Source of the DNA: Escherichia phage vB_EcoM_WL-3
DNA: 64,000 nucleotides
Direction: 5' to 3' (one strand)
Sequence record: MT968995.1
Shown piece by piece: positions 36,503 through 46,718 of this stretch. Position 1 is the first letter of the stretch; each line of letters begins with the position of its first letter. A program made the position numbers and the translations under genes. The notes below the pieces were generated by a model. That model was not told the origin of the DNA and made no database searches. It saw nothing but the letters and a program-made list of their open reading frames with translations.

Positions 36503-38068
36503 ATGACTATCAAAACTAAAGCTGAACTTTTGAACAAATGGAAGCCATTACTGGAAGGTGAAGGTTTACCGGAAATTGCTAATAGCAAACAAGCGATTAT
36601 CGCTAAAATCTTTGAAAACCAGGAAAAAGATTTCCAGACAGCTCCAGAGTACAAAGACGAAAAAATCGCCCAGGCGTTCGGTTCTTTCTTAACAGAAGCT
36701 GAAATCGGTGGTGACCACGGTTACAATGCTACTAACATCGCTGCTGGTCAGACTTCTGGCGCAGTAACTCAGATTGGCCCAGCTGTTATGGGTATGGTAC
36801 GTCGTGCTATTCCTAACCTGATTGCTTTCGATATTTGCGGTGTTCAGCCGATGAACAGCCCGACCGGTCAGGTATTCGCACTGCGCGCAGTATATGGTAA
36901 AGACCCAATCGCTGCCGGTGCTAAAGAAGCATTCCACCCAATGTATGGTCCAGATGCAATGTTCTCTGGTCAGGGTGCTGCTAAGAAATTCGCTGCTTTG
37001 AAAGCAAGTGATACTCTTGAAGTTGGAACTATTTACACCCACTTCTTCCAGGACACTGGTACTGTGTATCTGCAAGCTACAGAAGTTAAGCAAATTGACA
37101 CTAGTGCAACTGACGCAGCTAAATTAGATGCTGAAATTAAGAAACAAATGGAAGCTGGCGTACTGGTAGAAATCGCCGAAGGTATGGCTACTTCTATCGC
37201 TGAACTTCAGGAAGGTTTCAACGGTTCTACCGATAACCCATGGAATGAAATGGGCTTCCGTATCGATAAACAAGTTATCGAAGCTAAATCTCGTCAGCTG
37301 AAAGCTGCTTACTCTATCGAATTAGCACAAGACCTCCGCGCTGTTCACGGTATGGATGCTGATGCTGAACTGTCTGGTATTCTGGCTACCGAAATCATGC
37401 TGGAAATCAACCGTGAAGTTGTTGATTGGATTAACTACTCAGCTCAGGTTGGTAAATCTGGTATGACCCTGACTCCAGGTTCTAAAGCTGGTGTATTTGA
37501 CTTCCAGGATCCGATTGATATTCGTGGTGCTCGCTGGGCGGGTGAATCCTTTAAAGCTCTGTTGTTCCAGATTGACAAAGAAGCAGTTGAAATTGCTCGT
37601 CAGACCGGTCGTGGTGAAGGTAACTTCATTATCGCTTCCCGTAACGTAGTTAACGTTCTGGCTTCAGTTGATACTGGCATTTCTTATGCTGCACAGGGTC
37701 TGGCTACCGGCTTTAACACTGATACTACCAAGTCAGTATTTGCTGGTGTTCTGGGTGGTAAATACCGTGTATATATCGACCAGTATGCTAAACAGGATTA
37801 TTTCACTGTAGGTTATAAAGGTCCGAACGAAATGGATGCTGGTATTTACTATGCTCCATATGTAGCTCTGACTCCGCTGCGTGGTTCCGATCCGAAGAAC
37901 TTCCAACCAGTAATGGGATTCAAAACTCGTTACGGTATCGGTATCAACCCATTTGCAGAATCCGCTGCTCAGGCTCCGGCTTCTCGCATCCAGAGCGGTA
38001 TGCCTTCTATTCTGAATAGCCTTGGTAAAAACGCTTACTTCCGCCGTGTATATGTTAAAGGTATCTAA
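36503..38068 (+). CDS. 23: gp23 major capsid protein
   Basis: 521 aa as in T4; protease-type cleavage context near N-terminus. Confidence 0.95.
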   Translation: MTIKTKAELLNKWKPLLEGEGLPEIANSKQAIIAKIFENQEKDFQTAPEYKDEKIAQAFGSFLTEAEIGGDHGYNATNIAAGQTSGAVTQIGPAVMGMVRRAIPNLIAFDICGVQPMNSPTGQVFALRAVYGKDPIAAGAKEAFHPMYGPDAMFSGQGAAKKFAALKASDTLEVGTIYTHFFQDTGTVYLQATEVKQIDTSATDAAKLDAEIKKQMEAGVLVEIAEGMATSIAELQEGFNGSTDNPWNEMGFRIDKQVIEAKSRQLKAAYSIELAQDLRAVHGMDADAELSGILATEIMLEINREVVDWINYSAQVGKSGMTLTPGSKAGVFDFQDPIDIRGARWAGESFKALLFQIDKEAVEIARQTGRGEGNFIIASRNVVNVLASVDTGISYAAQGLATGFNTDTTKSVFAGVLGGKYRVYIDQYAKQDYFTVGYKGPNEMDAGIYYAPYVALTPLRGSDPKNFQPVMGFKTRYGIGINPFAESAAQAPASRIQSGMPSILNSLGKNAYFRRVYVKGI

Positions 38069-38083
38069 TCTTTGACGATTTAA

Positions 38084-38102
38084 GGGACCTTCGGGTCCCT
38101 TT
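38084..38102 (+). terminator. rho-independent terminator after gene 23
   Basis: gggacc-ttcg-ggtccc followed by TTT. Confidence 0.6.
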
Positions 38103-38116
38103 AGTTGTTTTTATGG

Positions 38117-38124
38117 TATAAATA
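38117..38124 (+). promoter_or_regulatory. T4 late promoter TATAAATA for gene 24
   Basis: Exact TATAAATA 27 nt upstream of gp24 ATG. Confidence 0.6.
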
Positions 38125-38151
38125 AATCATATAAACCAAAAGGAAAGCGCA

Positions 38152-39435
38152 ATGGCTAAAATCAACGAACTTCTGCGCGAATCAACCACAACGAATAGCA
38201 ACTCAATCGGTCGCCCAAATCTCGTTGCTTTGACTCGCGCTACCACTAAATTAATATATTCTGACATTGTAGCAACGCAAAGAACTAATCAACCTGTTGC
38301 TGCTTTTTATGGTATCAAATACCTTAATCCAGATAACGAATTTACTTTTAAAACTGGTGCTACTTACGCTGGCGAAGCTGGATATGTAGACCGAGAACAA
38401 ATCACAGAATTAACAGAAGAGTCTAAATTAACTCTCAATAAAGGCGATTTATTCAAATATAATAATATCGTTTATAAAGTATTAGAAGATACACCATTTG
38501 CTACCATTGAAGAAAGCGATTTAGAATTAGCTCTTCAGATTGCAATTGTTCTTTTAAAGGTTCGTCTATTTTCTGATGCAGCATCAACAAGCAAATTTGA
38601 AAGTTCTGATAGCGAAATTGCGGATGCTAGATTCCAGATTAATAAATGGCAAACCGCAGTTAAATCTCGTAAACTTAAAACTGGCATCACAGTTGAATTA
38701 GCACAAGATTTAGAAGCAAATGGATTCGATGCTCCTAATTTCTTGGAAGATTTGCTTGCAACTGAAATGGCGGATGAAATCAATAAAGATATTCTACAGT
38801 CTTTGATTACAGTATCAAAACGCTATAAAGTTACAGGAATTACTGATACCGGATTCATTGATTTGAGTTATGCATCTGCACCTGAAGCTGGTCGTTCATT
38901 ATACCGAATGGTATGTGAAATGGTTTCGCATATCCAAAAAGAATCAACTTATACTGCAACGTTCTGTGTTGCTTCAGCTCGTGCCGCTGCGATTCTTGCT
39001 GCATCAGGTTGGTTAAAACATAAACCAGAAGATGACAAATATCTTTCACAAAATGCCTACGGGTTCTTAGCTAATGGTTTACCGCTTTATTGCGATACTA
39101 ACAGCCCATTAGATTATGTAATCGTTGGTGTAGTAGAAAATATCGGTGAAAAAGAAATTGTCGGATCAATTTTCTATGCTCCGTATACAGAAGGTCTTGA
39201 CTTAGATGACCCTGAACATGTAGGTGCATTTAAAGTTGTAGTTGATCCAGAAAGTTTGCAGCCATCTATCGGTTTATTGGTTAGATATGCTTTATCTGCA
39301 AATCCTTACACTGTAGCAAAAGATGAAAAAGAAGCAAGAATAATTGATGGTGGAGACATGGATAAAATGGCGGGTCGTTCAGATTTGTCTGTTTTATTAG
39401 GTGTTAAGCTACCAAAAATTATCGTTGATGAATAA
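38152..39435 (+). CDS. 24: gp24 capsid vertex protein
   Basis: 427 aa as in T4. Confidence 0.9.
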   Translation: MAKINELLRESTTTNSNSIGRPNLVALTRATTKLIYSDIVATQRTNQPVAAFYGIKYLNPDNEFTFKTGATYAGEAGYVDREQITELTEESKLTLNKGDLFKYNNIVYKVLEDTPFATIEESDLELALQIAIVLLKVRLFSDAASTSKFESSDSEIADARFQINKWQTAVKSRKLKTGITVELAQDLEANGFDAPNFLEDLLATEMADEINKDILQSLITVSKRYKVTGITDTGFIDLSYASAPEAGRSLYRMVCEMVSHIQKESTYTATFCVASARAAAILAASGWLKHKPEDDKYLSQNAYGFLANGLPLYCDTNSPLDYVIVGVVENIGEKEIVGSIFYAPYTEGLDLDDPEHVGAFKVVVDPESLQPSIGLLVRYALSANPYTVAKDEKEARIIDGGDMDKMAGRSDLSVLLGVKLPKIIVDE

Positions 39436-39439
39436 AAAC

Positions 39440-39465
39440 AAAGGGACCGAAAGGTCCCTTTTTAT
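39440..39465. terminator. bidirectional terminator between convergent gene 24 and rnlB
   Basis: gggacc-gaaa-ggtccc flanked by A run upstream and T run downstream. Confidence 0.7.
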
Positions 39466-40470
39466 TTAACTTACCAATTCAATCCAAGCCGGACGAAGTA
39501 CATCTTGTACCATTTTAACTAATTCCTTTTTAACCAAAGAAGGATTATCTGCTTGAGTTAGAGTAATACCTTCACGAGAAGTTTCTTCCAAAATATCTTG
39601 AACAGTTAGTCCCATCACCTTTCCAAAATCCTTCGGACCAATTTCACCAATTTTAGAAATAACGTTATTTACTCGGTTCAGTGTAACGTAGCAAGCTAAA
39701 ATTCCCACCAATTTGTTATCAGCTTCTGATAGTTCAACTTTAGCTTTAATAGGCTTATCAGACTTTTTCTTTTCACTAAATTTGGAATTCTTGCATTTGA
39801 TGGCTACACGATTTCCATTATGAAGCCAAGAAGGATAACAAGGTTTCAATACATATCCTTCAGCGGTAAATACTTCGCCTTTGGCTTCAGCTTTCCAAAC
39901 ACATTTGTTAGCGTCAACTAATCCAGCATGGTCTACTGTAAAATTATAATCTTGGACGACAGAATCTAAATCATTTGGCAATTTAATAAGTTCTTCAAAT
40001 TTACCACGACCTAAAAGTGGAGCCATTTTAAATTTAAATGTATTACAAAATGATTCCATCATATAATCATCGACATAAGTCACATCACCACTTTCTGTAG
40101 TGACAATAATGTCAAATACATAAAAATCTTTATCGCCATAATCGACATTCTTCTGAATGCCAGGTCCAGCGAATTCGCCAAAGACTTGATAAGATACAAC
40201 CGCCGAAGTTTCCATAATATCTTGTACTGCTTTAATAGAATCTTCGTAATTCTTTAGAATAATTTCATGCCCAAAGAAATCTTCAGCAGGAAGAATCGGT
40301 CCAGTACGTTTAGCGCAAGTTACTTTATCACGCTCAATAATCAATGAGAAATTTGTGCCGTGAATCTTTTCACGAGCTACCCACTCCCCACCAGTCAATC
40401 CCAAGCTATAAAGTTTTTCAATGAATTTAGAATTGTAATGATTTTCAAGACTGCTATACTTTTTAAACAT
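39466..40470 (-). CDS. rnlB: RNA ligase 2
   Basis: 334 aa; nucleotidyltransferase motif I KIHGTN; position after gene 24 as in T4. Confidence 0.85.
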   Translation of the reverse strand: MFKKYSSLENHYNSKFIEKLYSLGLTGGEWVAREKIHGTNFSLIIERDKVTCAKRTGPILPAEDFFGHEIILKNYEDSIKAVQDIMETSAVVSYQVFGEFAGPGIQKNVDYGDKDFYVFDIIVTTESGDVTYVDDYMMESFCNTFKFKMAPLLGRGKFEELIKLPNDLDSVVQDYNFTVDHAGLVDANKCVWKAEAKGEVFTAEGYVLKPCYPSWLHNGNRVAIKCKNSKFSEKKKSDKPIKAKVELSEADNKLVGILACYVTLNRVNNVISKIGEIGPKDFGKVMGLTVQDILEETSREGITLTQADNPSLVKKELVKMVQDVLRPAWIELVS

Positions 40471-40479
40471 AATTAATCC

Positions 40480-40758
40480 TCAAAATGTAATTTCTAACCA
40501 ATCACCATCACGCTGATCACTATTGACTTTAAAGCTAAATCCTTCTTTTCTCAGCCAATCACCAATTTCTTCAGTAATCAATTTATCGCGAGCAGTGCAA
40601 TAATAACTAAAATATGTTTTACCTTGTTCAGCTGCTTTATTAGCAAGTTCCGAAAAATCTTTAATAAAACACTCTAGTTTAAACTGTTTACTTTTAAGTG
40701 CTTTTTCACGTAATTGATTAGCAAAAGATTCATTTTCATAAAGATCATACTGTTCCAT
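40480..40758 (-). CDS. hypothetical protein (position of T4 24.2)
   Basis: 92-aa ORF with ATG start. Confidence 0.5.
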   Translation of the reverse strand: MEQYDLYENESFANQLREKALKSKQFKLECFIKDFSELANKAAEQGKTYFSYYCTARDKLITEEIGDWLRKEGFSFKVNSDQRDGDWLEITF

Positions 40759-40960
40759 TTTTCACCTTTTTATTAATATGTCTTTTTCTATAGACAACTT
40801 TTTCTCGAGTCTCAAATTTATTTTTAGCAGTCATAGCTCGAGCCCATAATACAGCCACTTCTTTCGCCTGTAAGTTCAATTCACGAGCAATTTCAATGAA
40901 TGACTTTCCAGACTCATGGAGTGTAAACACCACAACCTCAGTTCTCATAATCAATCTCAT
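40745..40960 (-). CDS. small putative helix-turn-helix protein (position of T4 24.3)
   Basis: 71 aa; segment SFIEIARELNLQAKEVAVLWARA is HTH-like; basic C-terminus. Confidence 0.45.
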   Translation of the reverse strand: MRLIMRTEVVVFTLHESGKSFIEIARELNLQAKEVAVLWARAMTAKNKFETREKVVYRKRHINKKVKNGTV

Positions 40961-41024
40961 GTTATCGAGTTGGTGCCATTATATACATCGTTTTCTGATT
41001 GTGTTTTATTTGCTTTCAAAATGA

Positions 41025-41048
41025 AGAAAGGGGCCGAAGCCCCTTATG
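41025..41048 (-). terminator. UUCG-tetraloop hairpin after hoc
   Basis: Minus strand ggggc-uucg-gcccc followed by T-rich tract. Confidence 0.5.
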
Positions 41049-41049
41049 A

Positions 41050-42180
41050 TTATGGATAGGTATAGATGATACCAGTTTCTAAAGCAGTTTTATGAATGAT
41101 GTATCCATTGCGCGATTCTTGAACATCAACTTCTGGATAGTCTTTCATCATCTTCTGAAGAGTGTAACGATGCAAGTAGTACTTACTATCTGGGTCGTCA
41201 GTTTTCCAATCTTTACCTTCTTCAGTCATTTTTTGGATTTCATCCATAACCCACCAACCGCACCAGATGTAAGCTGAAGTACGATGTGGAAGAGGATGAA
41301 CATAAGGCAATTCACCTTCTGGTTCCGGAGCAACTTTATCAGTCACTTGAACTTGACCTGTTGTTTTAACTGTTTTGCTATCATAGTCAGTTGCTGTAAC
41401 GACAGCAGTAACTTCAATAGTTTGACTTCCAACAGATGAGGTATCGACAGTATATACGTTAGTTGACCCTTCTACAGGAGAAGAATCTTTCTTCCACGAG
41501 TAAGTAATTTGTGCTGCGTCAGGTGCGCCAGTAACATTAGCAGTAAATGTAGCCGAAGCATCTTGCTGAACGTTAATAGAAGGAGGAGTCAATGCAATCT
41601 GTGGATTCATTGTCTTCTTATTAACCGTCAATGATACTTCATTAGAAGTAACTTCCTTTGCATCATAATCTGTCGCTGTTACTTGGGCTACGCATTTAAT
41701 TCCTTTTACTCCACTTGTAGTTGGAGTATAGCTAAATGTAGCGGAAGTTGCTTCACTAACAGGAGAATCATCTACATGCCACTGATACGTAGCAGATGCG
41801 CCTGATGGTTGAGAAGCTAAAGCAGCAGTAAATTCAACAGGAGTTCCAATCACTCCAGCAGCAGGACTATCAGGAGTTACAGCTAAGGTAGTTGTCTGTG
41901 TCTTATTTTGAACTGTGATAGTTGTAGAAGCTTCTGCTGTTTCAGCCTCAGCTTCTGGAACTGTGTTTGTTGCAACTACTTTAATAGTCTTTTGACCGGC
42001 AGGTCCTTTTAGTACATAACTAAAAGTTGCTTCAGTTCCATCTTGTGGAACATCGTCTACAGTCCAAGCATAGGTAATAGTTCCACCTCCAGTTTGACCA
42101 CTGGGTGTAGCAGTAAACTGCTGAGTCTGATCGATAACTCCAGTAGGTGTTTTAGGAGTTATATCAACTGTAAAAGCCAT
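41050..42180 (-). CDS. hoc: highly immunogenic outer capsid protein
   Basis: 376 aa as in T4; repeated Ig-like segments. Confidence 0.85.
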   Translation of the reverse strand: MAFTVDITPKTPTGVIDQTQQFTATPSGQTGGGTITYAWTVDDVPQDGTEATFSYVLKGPAGQKTIKVVATNTVPEAEAETAEASTTITVQNKTQTTTLAVTPDSPAAGVIGTPVEFTAALASQPSGASATYQWHVDDSPVSEATSATFSYTPTTSGVKGIKCVAQVTATDYDAKEVTSNEVSLTVNKKTMNPQIALTPPSINVQQDASATFTANVTGAPDAAQITYSWKKDSSPVEGSTNVYTVDTSSVGSQTIEVTAVVTATDYDSKTVKTTGQVQVTDKVAPEPEGELPYVHPLPHRTSAYIWCGWWVMDEIQKMTEEGKDWKTDDPDSKYYLHRYTLQKMMKDYPEVDVQESRNGYIIHKTALETGIIYTYP

Positions 42181-42189
42181 AAGTTATCC

Positions 42190-42870
42190 TTATTTTAATG
42201 TTACGAAAGAAGAATTACGTGTTTCACGAATTAGAACTGATCCGTCACGGTTAATGTAGTAAATTAAGCTAAATAAAGTTTGGTGTGCCGACGCGTGTTC
42301 AAAACTAGTTGGGTGAGATTTCCAATCCGGAGTTTCAGCAATCCATTGATAAATCCACCAAGGAACAGTACAGAATCCTGGATTTTTTCCAATCAACTGA
42401 AGATTCGGGCTAAAGTTTTCCGGAAGAGTAAATACAGACGGCTTTTCAGATTCAATAATCTCAGCTACAGCCTGCTCAAATTTTTCTTCAACAAAAGGAG
42501 TATCTTCAATCAAAACATCGATATTTTCAGGAATTTTATCCGTTTCTACCACTTCAATTTTAATGTCAGATTTAACCGGAGAATCAATCAGAAGTGCTGC
42601 TTCTGGATTGACCTCTTCATCGTCATATTTTAATCCCTCTGCAGCATCAGCAGCATTGATTAAGTCCTTAATAGATAACCCATCAGTCTCTGGCATAGGT
42701 TCACTAGCGAGCTTCTGGAGGGCTTCTTCAATATCAATAACGATATTATCAAAAGATTTATTCTTTTTGACCTTTATACCAAACTGTTCAGCATATTCAG
42801 CTAATTTAGCCTTAGCTTCTTTATTATCATCAAGAGCCTTCAGCTCTGCAATATAATCTTTATCTATCAT
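42190..42870 (-). CDS. inh: inhibitor of prohead protease
   Basis: 226 aa as in T4; directly upstream of hoc. Confidence 0.75.
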   Translation of the reverse strand: MIDKDYIAELKALDDNKEAKAKLAEYAEQFGIKVKKNKSFDNIVIDIEEALQKLASEPMPETDGLSIKDLINAADAAEGLKYDDEEVNPEAALLIDSPVKSDIKIEVVETDKIPENIDVLIEDTPFVEEKFEQAVAEIIESEKPSVFTLPENFSPNLQLIGKNPGFCTVPWWIYQWIAETPDWKSHPTSFEHASAHQTLFSLIYYINRDGSVLIRETRNSSFVTLK

Positions 42871-42883
42871 AATATTTCCTCAG

Positions 42884-42891
42884 TATAAATA
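42884..42891 (+). promoter_or_regulatory. T4 late promoter TATAAATA for uvsW
   Basis: Exact TATAAATA 29 nt upstream of uvsW ATG. Confidence 0.55.
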
Positions 42892-42920
42892 TAGATATAT
42901 TTATTACATGGTATTTAGAC

Positions 42921-44432
42921 ATGACTGACATTAAAGTACATTTTTATGATTTTAGTCACGTGAGAATTGATTGTGAAGAAAGTACATTTCATGAACTCCG
43001 TGATTTCTTTAGCTTTGAAGCTGATGGGTATCGTTTTAATCCGAAATACAAATATGGTCACTGGGATGGACGAATCCGTCTTTTAGATTATAATCGCCTT
43101 CTTCCGTTCGGCTTAGTCGGGCAAATTAAAAAGTTCTGTGATAACTTTGGCTATAAAGCCTGGATTGACCCACAAATTAACGAAAAAGAAGAATTATCAA
43201 GAAAAGATTTTGATGAATGGCTTTCTAAATTAGAAATCTATTCAGGAAATAAAAGAATTGAACCGCACTGGTATCAAAAAGATGCAGTGTTCGAAGGATT
43301 AGTTAATCGTCGTAGAATTCTTAATCTTCCAACATCCGCAGGTAAATCTTTAATTCAAGCTTTGCTTGCACGTTATTATTTGGAAAATTATGAAGGTAAA
43401 ATTCTTATCATTGTTCCAACAACTGCTCTGACAACTCAGATGGCTGATGACTTTGTTGACTATCGTTTATTCAGTCATGCAATGATAAAGAAAATTGGTG
43501 GTGGAGCATCAAAAGATGATAAATATAAAAATGATGCACCAGTCGTTGTTGGTACATGGCAAACTGTAGTAAAACAACCAAAAGAATGGTTCTCACAGTT
43601 TGGAATGATGATGAATGATGAATGCCATCTTGCCACAGGAAAAAGTATTTCATCTATCATATCAGGTTTAAATAACTGCATGTTCAAATTTGGTCTATCA
43701 GGTTCATTACGTGATGGCAAAGCTAATATCATGCAGTATGTTGGAATGTTTGGTGAAATATTTAAGCCAGTAACGACTTCTAAATTAATGGAAGATGGAC
43801 AAGTAACTGAGTTAAAAATTAATAGTATTTTTCTTCGCTATCCTGATGAGTTCACTACTAAATTAAAGGGAAAAACTTACCAAGAAGAAATAAAAATTAT
43901 TACTGGGCTCAGTAAAAGAAATAAATGGATCGCTAAATTAGCTATTAAGCTTGCGCAAAAAGATGAAAACGCTTTTGTCATGTTTAAGCATGTATCACAT
44001 GGTAAAGCTATTTTCGATTTAATTAAAAATGAATACGATAAAGTTTATTACGTATCAGGAGAAGTTGATACTGAAACGCGCAATGTAATGAAAACCTTAG
44101 CTGAAAACGGTAAAGGAATAATTATAGTAGCTAGTTATGGTGTATTTTCTACTGGTATTTCAGTTAAAAATCTGCATCACGTTGTTTTAGCGCACGGCGT
44201 TAAATCTAAAATTATTGTATTGCAAACAATAGGTCGTGTATTACGTAAGCATGGTTCTAAAACAATCGCAACGGTCTGGGACCTCATTGATGATTGCGGT
44301 GTTAAGCCAAAATCTGCTAATACGAAAAAGAAATACGTTCATTTGAACTATCTTTTAAAACACGGCATTGATCGTATTCAGCGCTACGCAGATGAAAAAT
44401 TTAATTACGTAATGAAAACAGTTAATTTATAA
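42921..44432 (+). CDS. uvsW: UvsW recombination/repair helicase
   Basis: 503 aa; Walker A PTSAGKS, DECH box. Confidence 0.9.
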   Translation: MTDIKVHFYDFSHVRIDCEESTFHELRDFFSFEADGYRFNPKYKYGHWDGRIRLLDYNRLLPFGLVGQIKKFCDNFGYKAWIDPQINEKEELSRKDFDEWLSKLEIYSGNKRIEPHWYQKDAVFEGLVNRRRILNLPTSAGKSLIQALLARYYLENYEGKILIIVPTTALTTQMADDFVDYRLFSHAMIKKIGGGASKDDKYKNDAPVVVGTWQTVVKQPKEWFSQFGMMMNDECHLATGKSISSIISGLNNCMFKFGLSGSLRDGKANIMQYVGMFGEIFKPVTTSKLMEDGQVTELKINSIFLRYPDEFTTKLKGKTYQEEIKIITGLSKRNKWIAKLAIKLAQKDENAFVMFKHVSHGKAIFDLIKNEYDKVYYVSGEVDTETRNVMKTLAENGKGIIIVASYGVFSTGISVKNLHHVVLAHGVKSKIIVLQTIGRVLRKHGSKTIATVWDLIDDCGVKPKSANTKKKYVHLNYLLKHGIDRIQRYADEKFNYVMKTVNL

Positions 44433-44457
44433 GGGCTTCGGCCCTTTGGAGAAAAAG

Positions 44458-44688
44458 ATGTTACTAGAATTTAAACAATTTCTTTATGAAGCTTCTATTG
44501 ATGAATTCATGGGTAAAATTGCCTCTTGCCAAACATTAGAAGGTCTAGAAGAACTTGAAGCTTATTATAAGAAAAGAGTTAAAGAAACTGAATTAAAAGA
44601 TACTGATGACATCTCAGTTAGAGATGCTTTGGCAGGAAAAAGAGCTGAATTAGAAGATTCAGACGATGAAGTAGAAGAAAGCTTTTAA
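44458..44688 (+). CDS. uvsW.1: UvsW.1 helicase accessory protein
   Basis: Track start is TTG; ATG at 44458 with GGAG upstream gives 76 aa; separated from uvsW by stop and gggcttcggccc hairpin. Confidence 0.7.
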   Translation: MLLEFKQFLYEASIDEFMGKIASCQTLEGLEELEAYYKKRVKETELKDTDDISVRDALAGKRAELEDSDDEVEESF

Positions 44689-44743
44689 ATTAAAAAAGGC
44701 CCAACCAAAAAGGAAGGGCCAAAACTATAGACTAAAGGTCACA

Positions 44744-44911
44744 CTATAGCAAAAGTTGTGTTTCATTTAATTGTTCTTCCGAACTTTCTGAAACTGGTAG
44801 TTCTTTAATGTAATTATAGCAAGGCCCAGGATGTACAGGACCTTTGTCTGTTTCAACAACCAATGCAGAATCGATTGGAGTTTTACAGACAACACAAATC
44901 TTATCTGACAT
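44744..44911 (-). CDS. small Cys-containing protein, possible zinc ribbon (not in supplied ORF track)
   Basis: 55-aa ORF MSDKICVVCKTPIDSALVVETDKGPVHPGPCYNYIKEL... translated by hand; CxxC plus downstream H/C. Confidence 0.45.
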   Translation of the reverse strand: MSDKICVVCKTPIDSALVVETDKGPVHPGPCYNYIKELPVSESSEEQLNETQLLL

Positions 44912-44939
44912 GATTGTCTCCTCTAAATTATATATCTAT

Positions 44940-45164
44940 TTATATAACTCTCATATGCATATCAATGCCCATATCTTTAGAATAAAAATATTCATCAAGA
45001 TATCCGGCAAATTTTCCTTTAATGTAAAGTACATCTTCACCGCATGGGTGGTCAGCCAGGATACGAATATCCTGACGCTTGAGATTATACTTTTTCATTA
45101 AGAATTGAATTTCCGTTTCGAATTCTTCTTCATAATTAAAAGCATCATCAATGCTATATTTCAT
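44940..45164 (-). CDS. hypothetical protein adjacent to uvsY
   Basis: 74-aa ORF; stop overlaps uvsY start. Confidence 0.55.
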   Translation of the reverse strand: MKYSIDDAFNYEEEFETEIQFLMKKYNLKRQDIRILADHPCGEDVLYIKGKFAGYLDEYFYSKDMGIDMHMRVI

Positions 45165-45577
45165 TATTTTCCAGCCTCAAATGCTCGCATGTCTTGAATA
45201 TGCTTAATAGCAAATCCACGTGATTTAATAGCATCAAGAGCTCCGCTACAGAAATCTAATAAAATTCCCCAATATTGCAATGAAGTATCAACTTTTAAAA
45301 CGTCCTTATCAGCTGATAGAACTGTCTTCATTTCTGATTTTTCATAACGATCCATACTAAATTCATCACCATCTCCTCGTCCCGAGTAGTAGTCTAATTT
45401 AGCTTTAAGAGCAACTTTTTTCTGTGCTTCAATTCTAAGCATTTCCTTTTTAATACTTGAATGCTTATTAAGCCATTTACTATATAACATCACATTATTA
45501 GCTGCTTCATACTGTAATTTAGTCGAATCTATAAACACATCTTTCTTCAATTCTTCTTGAAGATCTTCTAATTTCAT
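45164..45577 (-). CDS. uvsY: UvsY recombination mediator
   Basis: 137 aa as in T4; position upstream of gene 25. Confidence 0.9.
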   Translation of the reverse strand: MKLEDLQEELKKDVFIDSTKLQYEAANNVMLYSKWLNKHSSIKKEMLRIEAQKKVALKAKLDYYSGRGDGDEFSMDRYEKSEMKTVLSADKDVLKVDTSLQYWGILLDFCSGALDAIKSRGFAIKHIQDMRAFEAGK

Positions 45578-45617
45578 ATTGTTCTCTATTCAATTGTTAT
45601 TGGATGGACTTAGATTC

Positions 45618-45645
45618 ATTATACCACGTTTACACGTGAAGCATT
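45618..45645 (-). promoter_or_regulatory. MotA-dependent middle promoter for uvsY
   Basis: Minus strand aaTGCTTCA, 13 nt, TATAAT, about 40 nt upstream of uvsY ATG. Confidence 0.65.
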
Positions 45646-46042
45646 ATACTCTATTACTAGAAGCCAGTTGCAGTTTTATCTGCTCAATATCATCAGGGTT
45701 ATCGATGACCGAAAAGCGTATTTCTACTATAAGAGTATAATCATCATAAACTGGTATTACATTAACTGCTAATTTATCAATACGTGGCTCGTAGTTTCTT
45801 ACTGCGCTTTCAATGTTACGCTCAACGGTATCAGCAGTAAGAGGAGTCATATTCTCAAAAAGTTGATCAGATAAATCGCATCCAAATTCTGGGTCAAATG
45901 GTCTTGACCCTTTTCTGGTTGTAATAATTCCCAAAAGGCTATTTTTAATTGACCTTAATCCAAGAGATCTAGAAACATCTTTGTCCCAATCCATTTTCAT
46001 TTCTGGGTCAATGTCAGAATAAAGCTTATTAATATTTGCCAT
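45644..46042 (-). CDS. 25: gp25 baseplate wedge protein
   Basis: 132 aa as in T4. Confidence 0.9.
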   Translation of the reverse strand: MANINKLYSDIDPEMKMDWDKDVSRSLGLRSIKNSLLGIITTRKGSRPFDPEFGCDLSDQLFENMTPLTADTVERNIESAVRNYEPRIDKLAVNVIPVYDDYTLIVEIRFSVIDNPDDIEQIKLQLASSNRV

Positions 46043-46668
46043 TACAATAGCTCAAAGAATTCTTTGAGTCCTCTTATTACATGAGCGTGAGATTTTCCAC
46101 ACTCTGGACATTTAATTGGAACAGCCAAATAAACAGTAGGCTTTAAAAGCATATCTTTTATAGCTACAATATCTGACTCTGTGATGATAGAATATAAATC
46201 TTCCAACTCTTTTTCATTTAAGTCTTCAATTGGAATGCTTTCACCGTTAGCATGAATCGTTTCTATACATGATACTATCATGTGGGCTATATTTTTATCA
46301 TCAAAAATTTTAGGGTAATGGAACTTAATTTTAATGTCACCCAGTGTATACCAGAGGTCTTCTGGTGCATCTATTTGTGTATGTAATAGATTTATATGGG
46401 TTGGTATTTCAGTTCCACAGGTGCACTTCCAGGAGTTTTCGTGATTAACTTCTCCAAGAGAATGTGCCCATAAATGAATCAGCAGTAGTTCTGATTCTTG
46501 GCGGTTTAAATCTTTTGCATTTGTACAGTCTTTAATTAGCTTTTTAACGATCTCTTCTACTGAACCGTTCTTTTTAGCAGTAATAAGTTCTAGATATTCT
46601 TTAAGAGTAAATGCACGACAGTTGATTATTTTAGAACCAACTCTCACATCAAATTTGTATTCATACAT
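46042..46668 (-). CDS. 26: gp26 baseplate hub protein
   Basis: 208 aa as in T4. Confidence 0.85.
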   Translation of the reverse strand: MYEYKFDVRVGSKIINCRAFTLKEYLELITAKKNGSVEEIVKKLIKDCTNAKDLNRQESELLLIHLWAHSLGEVNHENSWKCTCGTEIPTHINLLHTQIDAPEDLWYTLGDIKIKFHYPKIFDDKNIAHMIVSCIETIHANGESIPIEDLNEKELEDLYSIITESDIVAIKDMLLKPTVYLAVPIKCPECGKSHAHVIRGLKEFFELL

Positions 46669-46689
46669 ATTTAGCTCCTTTATTTATCA

Positions 46690-46697
46690 TATTTATA
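46690..46697 (-). promoter_or_regulatory. T4 late promoter TATAAATA for gene 26
   Basis: Minus-strand TATAAATA 22 nt upstream of gp26 ATG; overlaps plus-strand copy. Confidence 0.55.
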
Positions 46698-46701
46698 AAT
46701 A
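46694..46701 (+). promoter_or_regulatory. T4 late promoter TATAAATA for gene 51
   Basis: Exact TATAAATA 18 nt upstream of gp51 ATG. Confidence 0.55.
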
Positions 46702-46718
46702 GAATAAAAGGAGCATCT

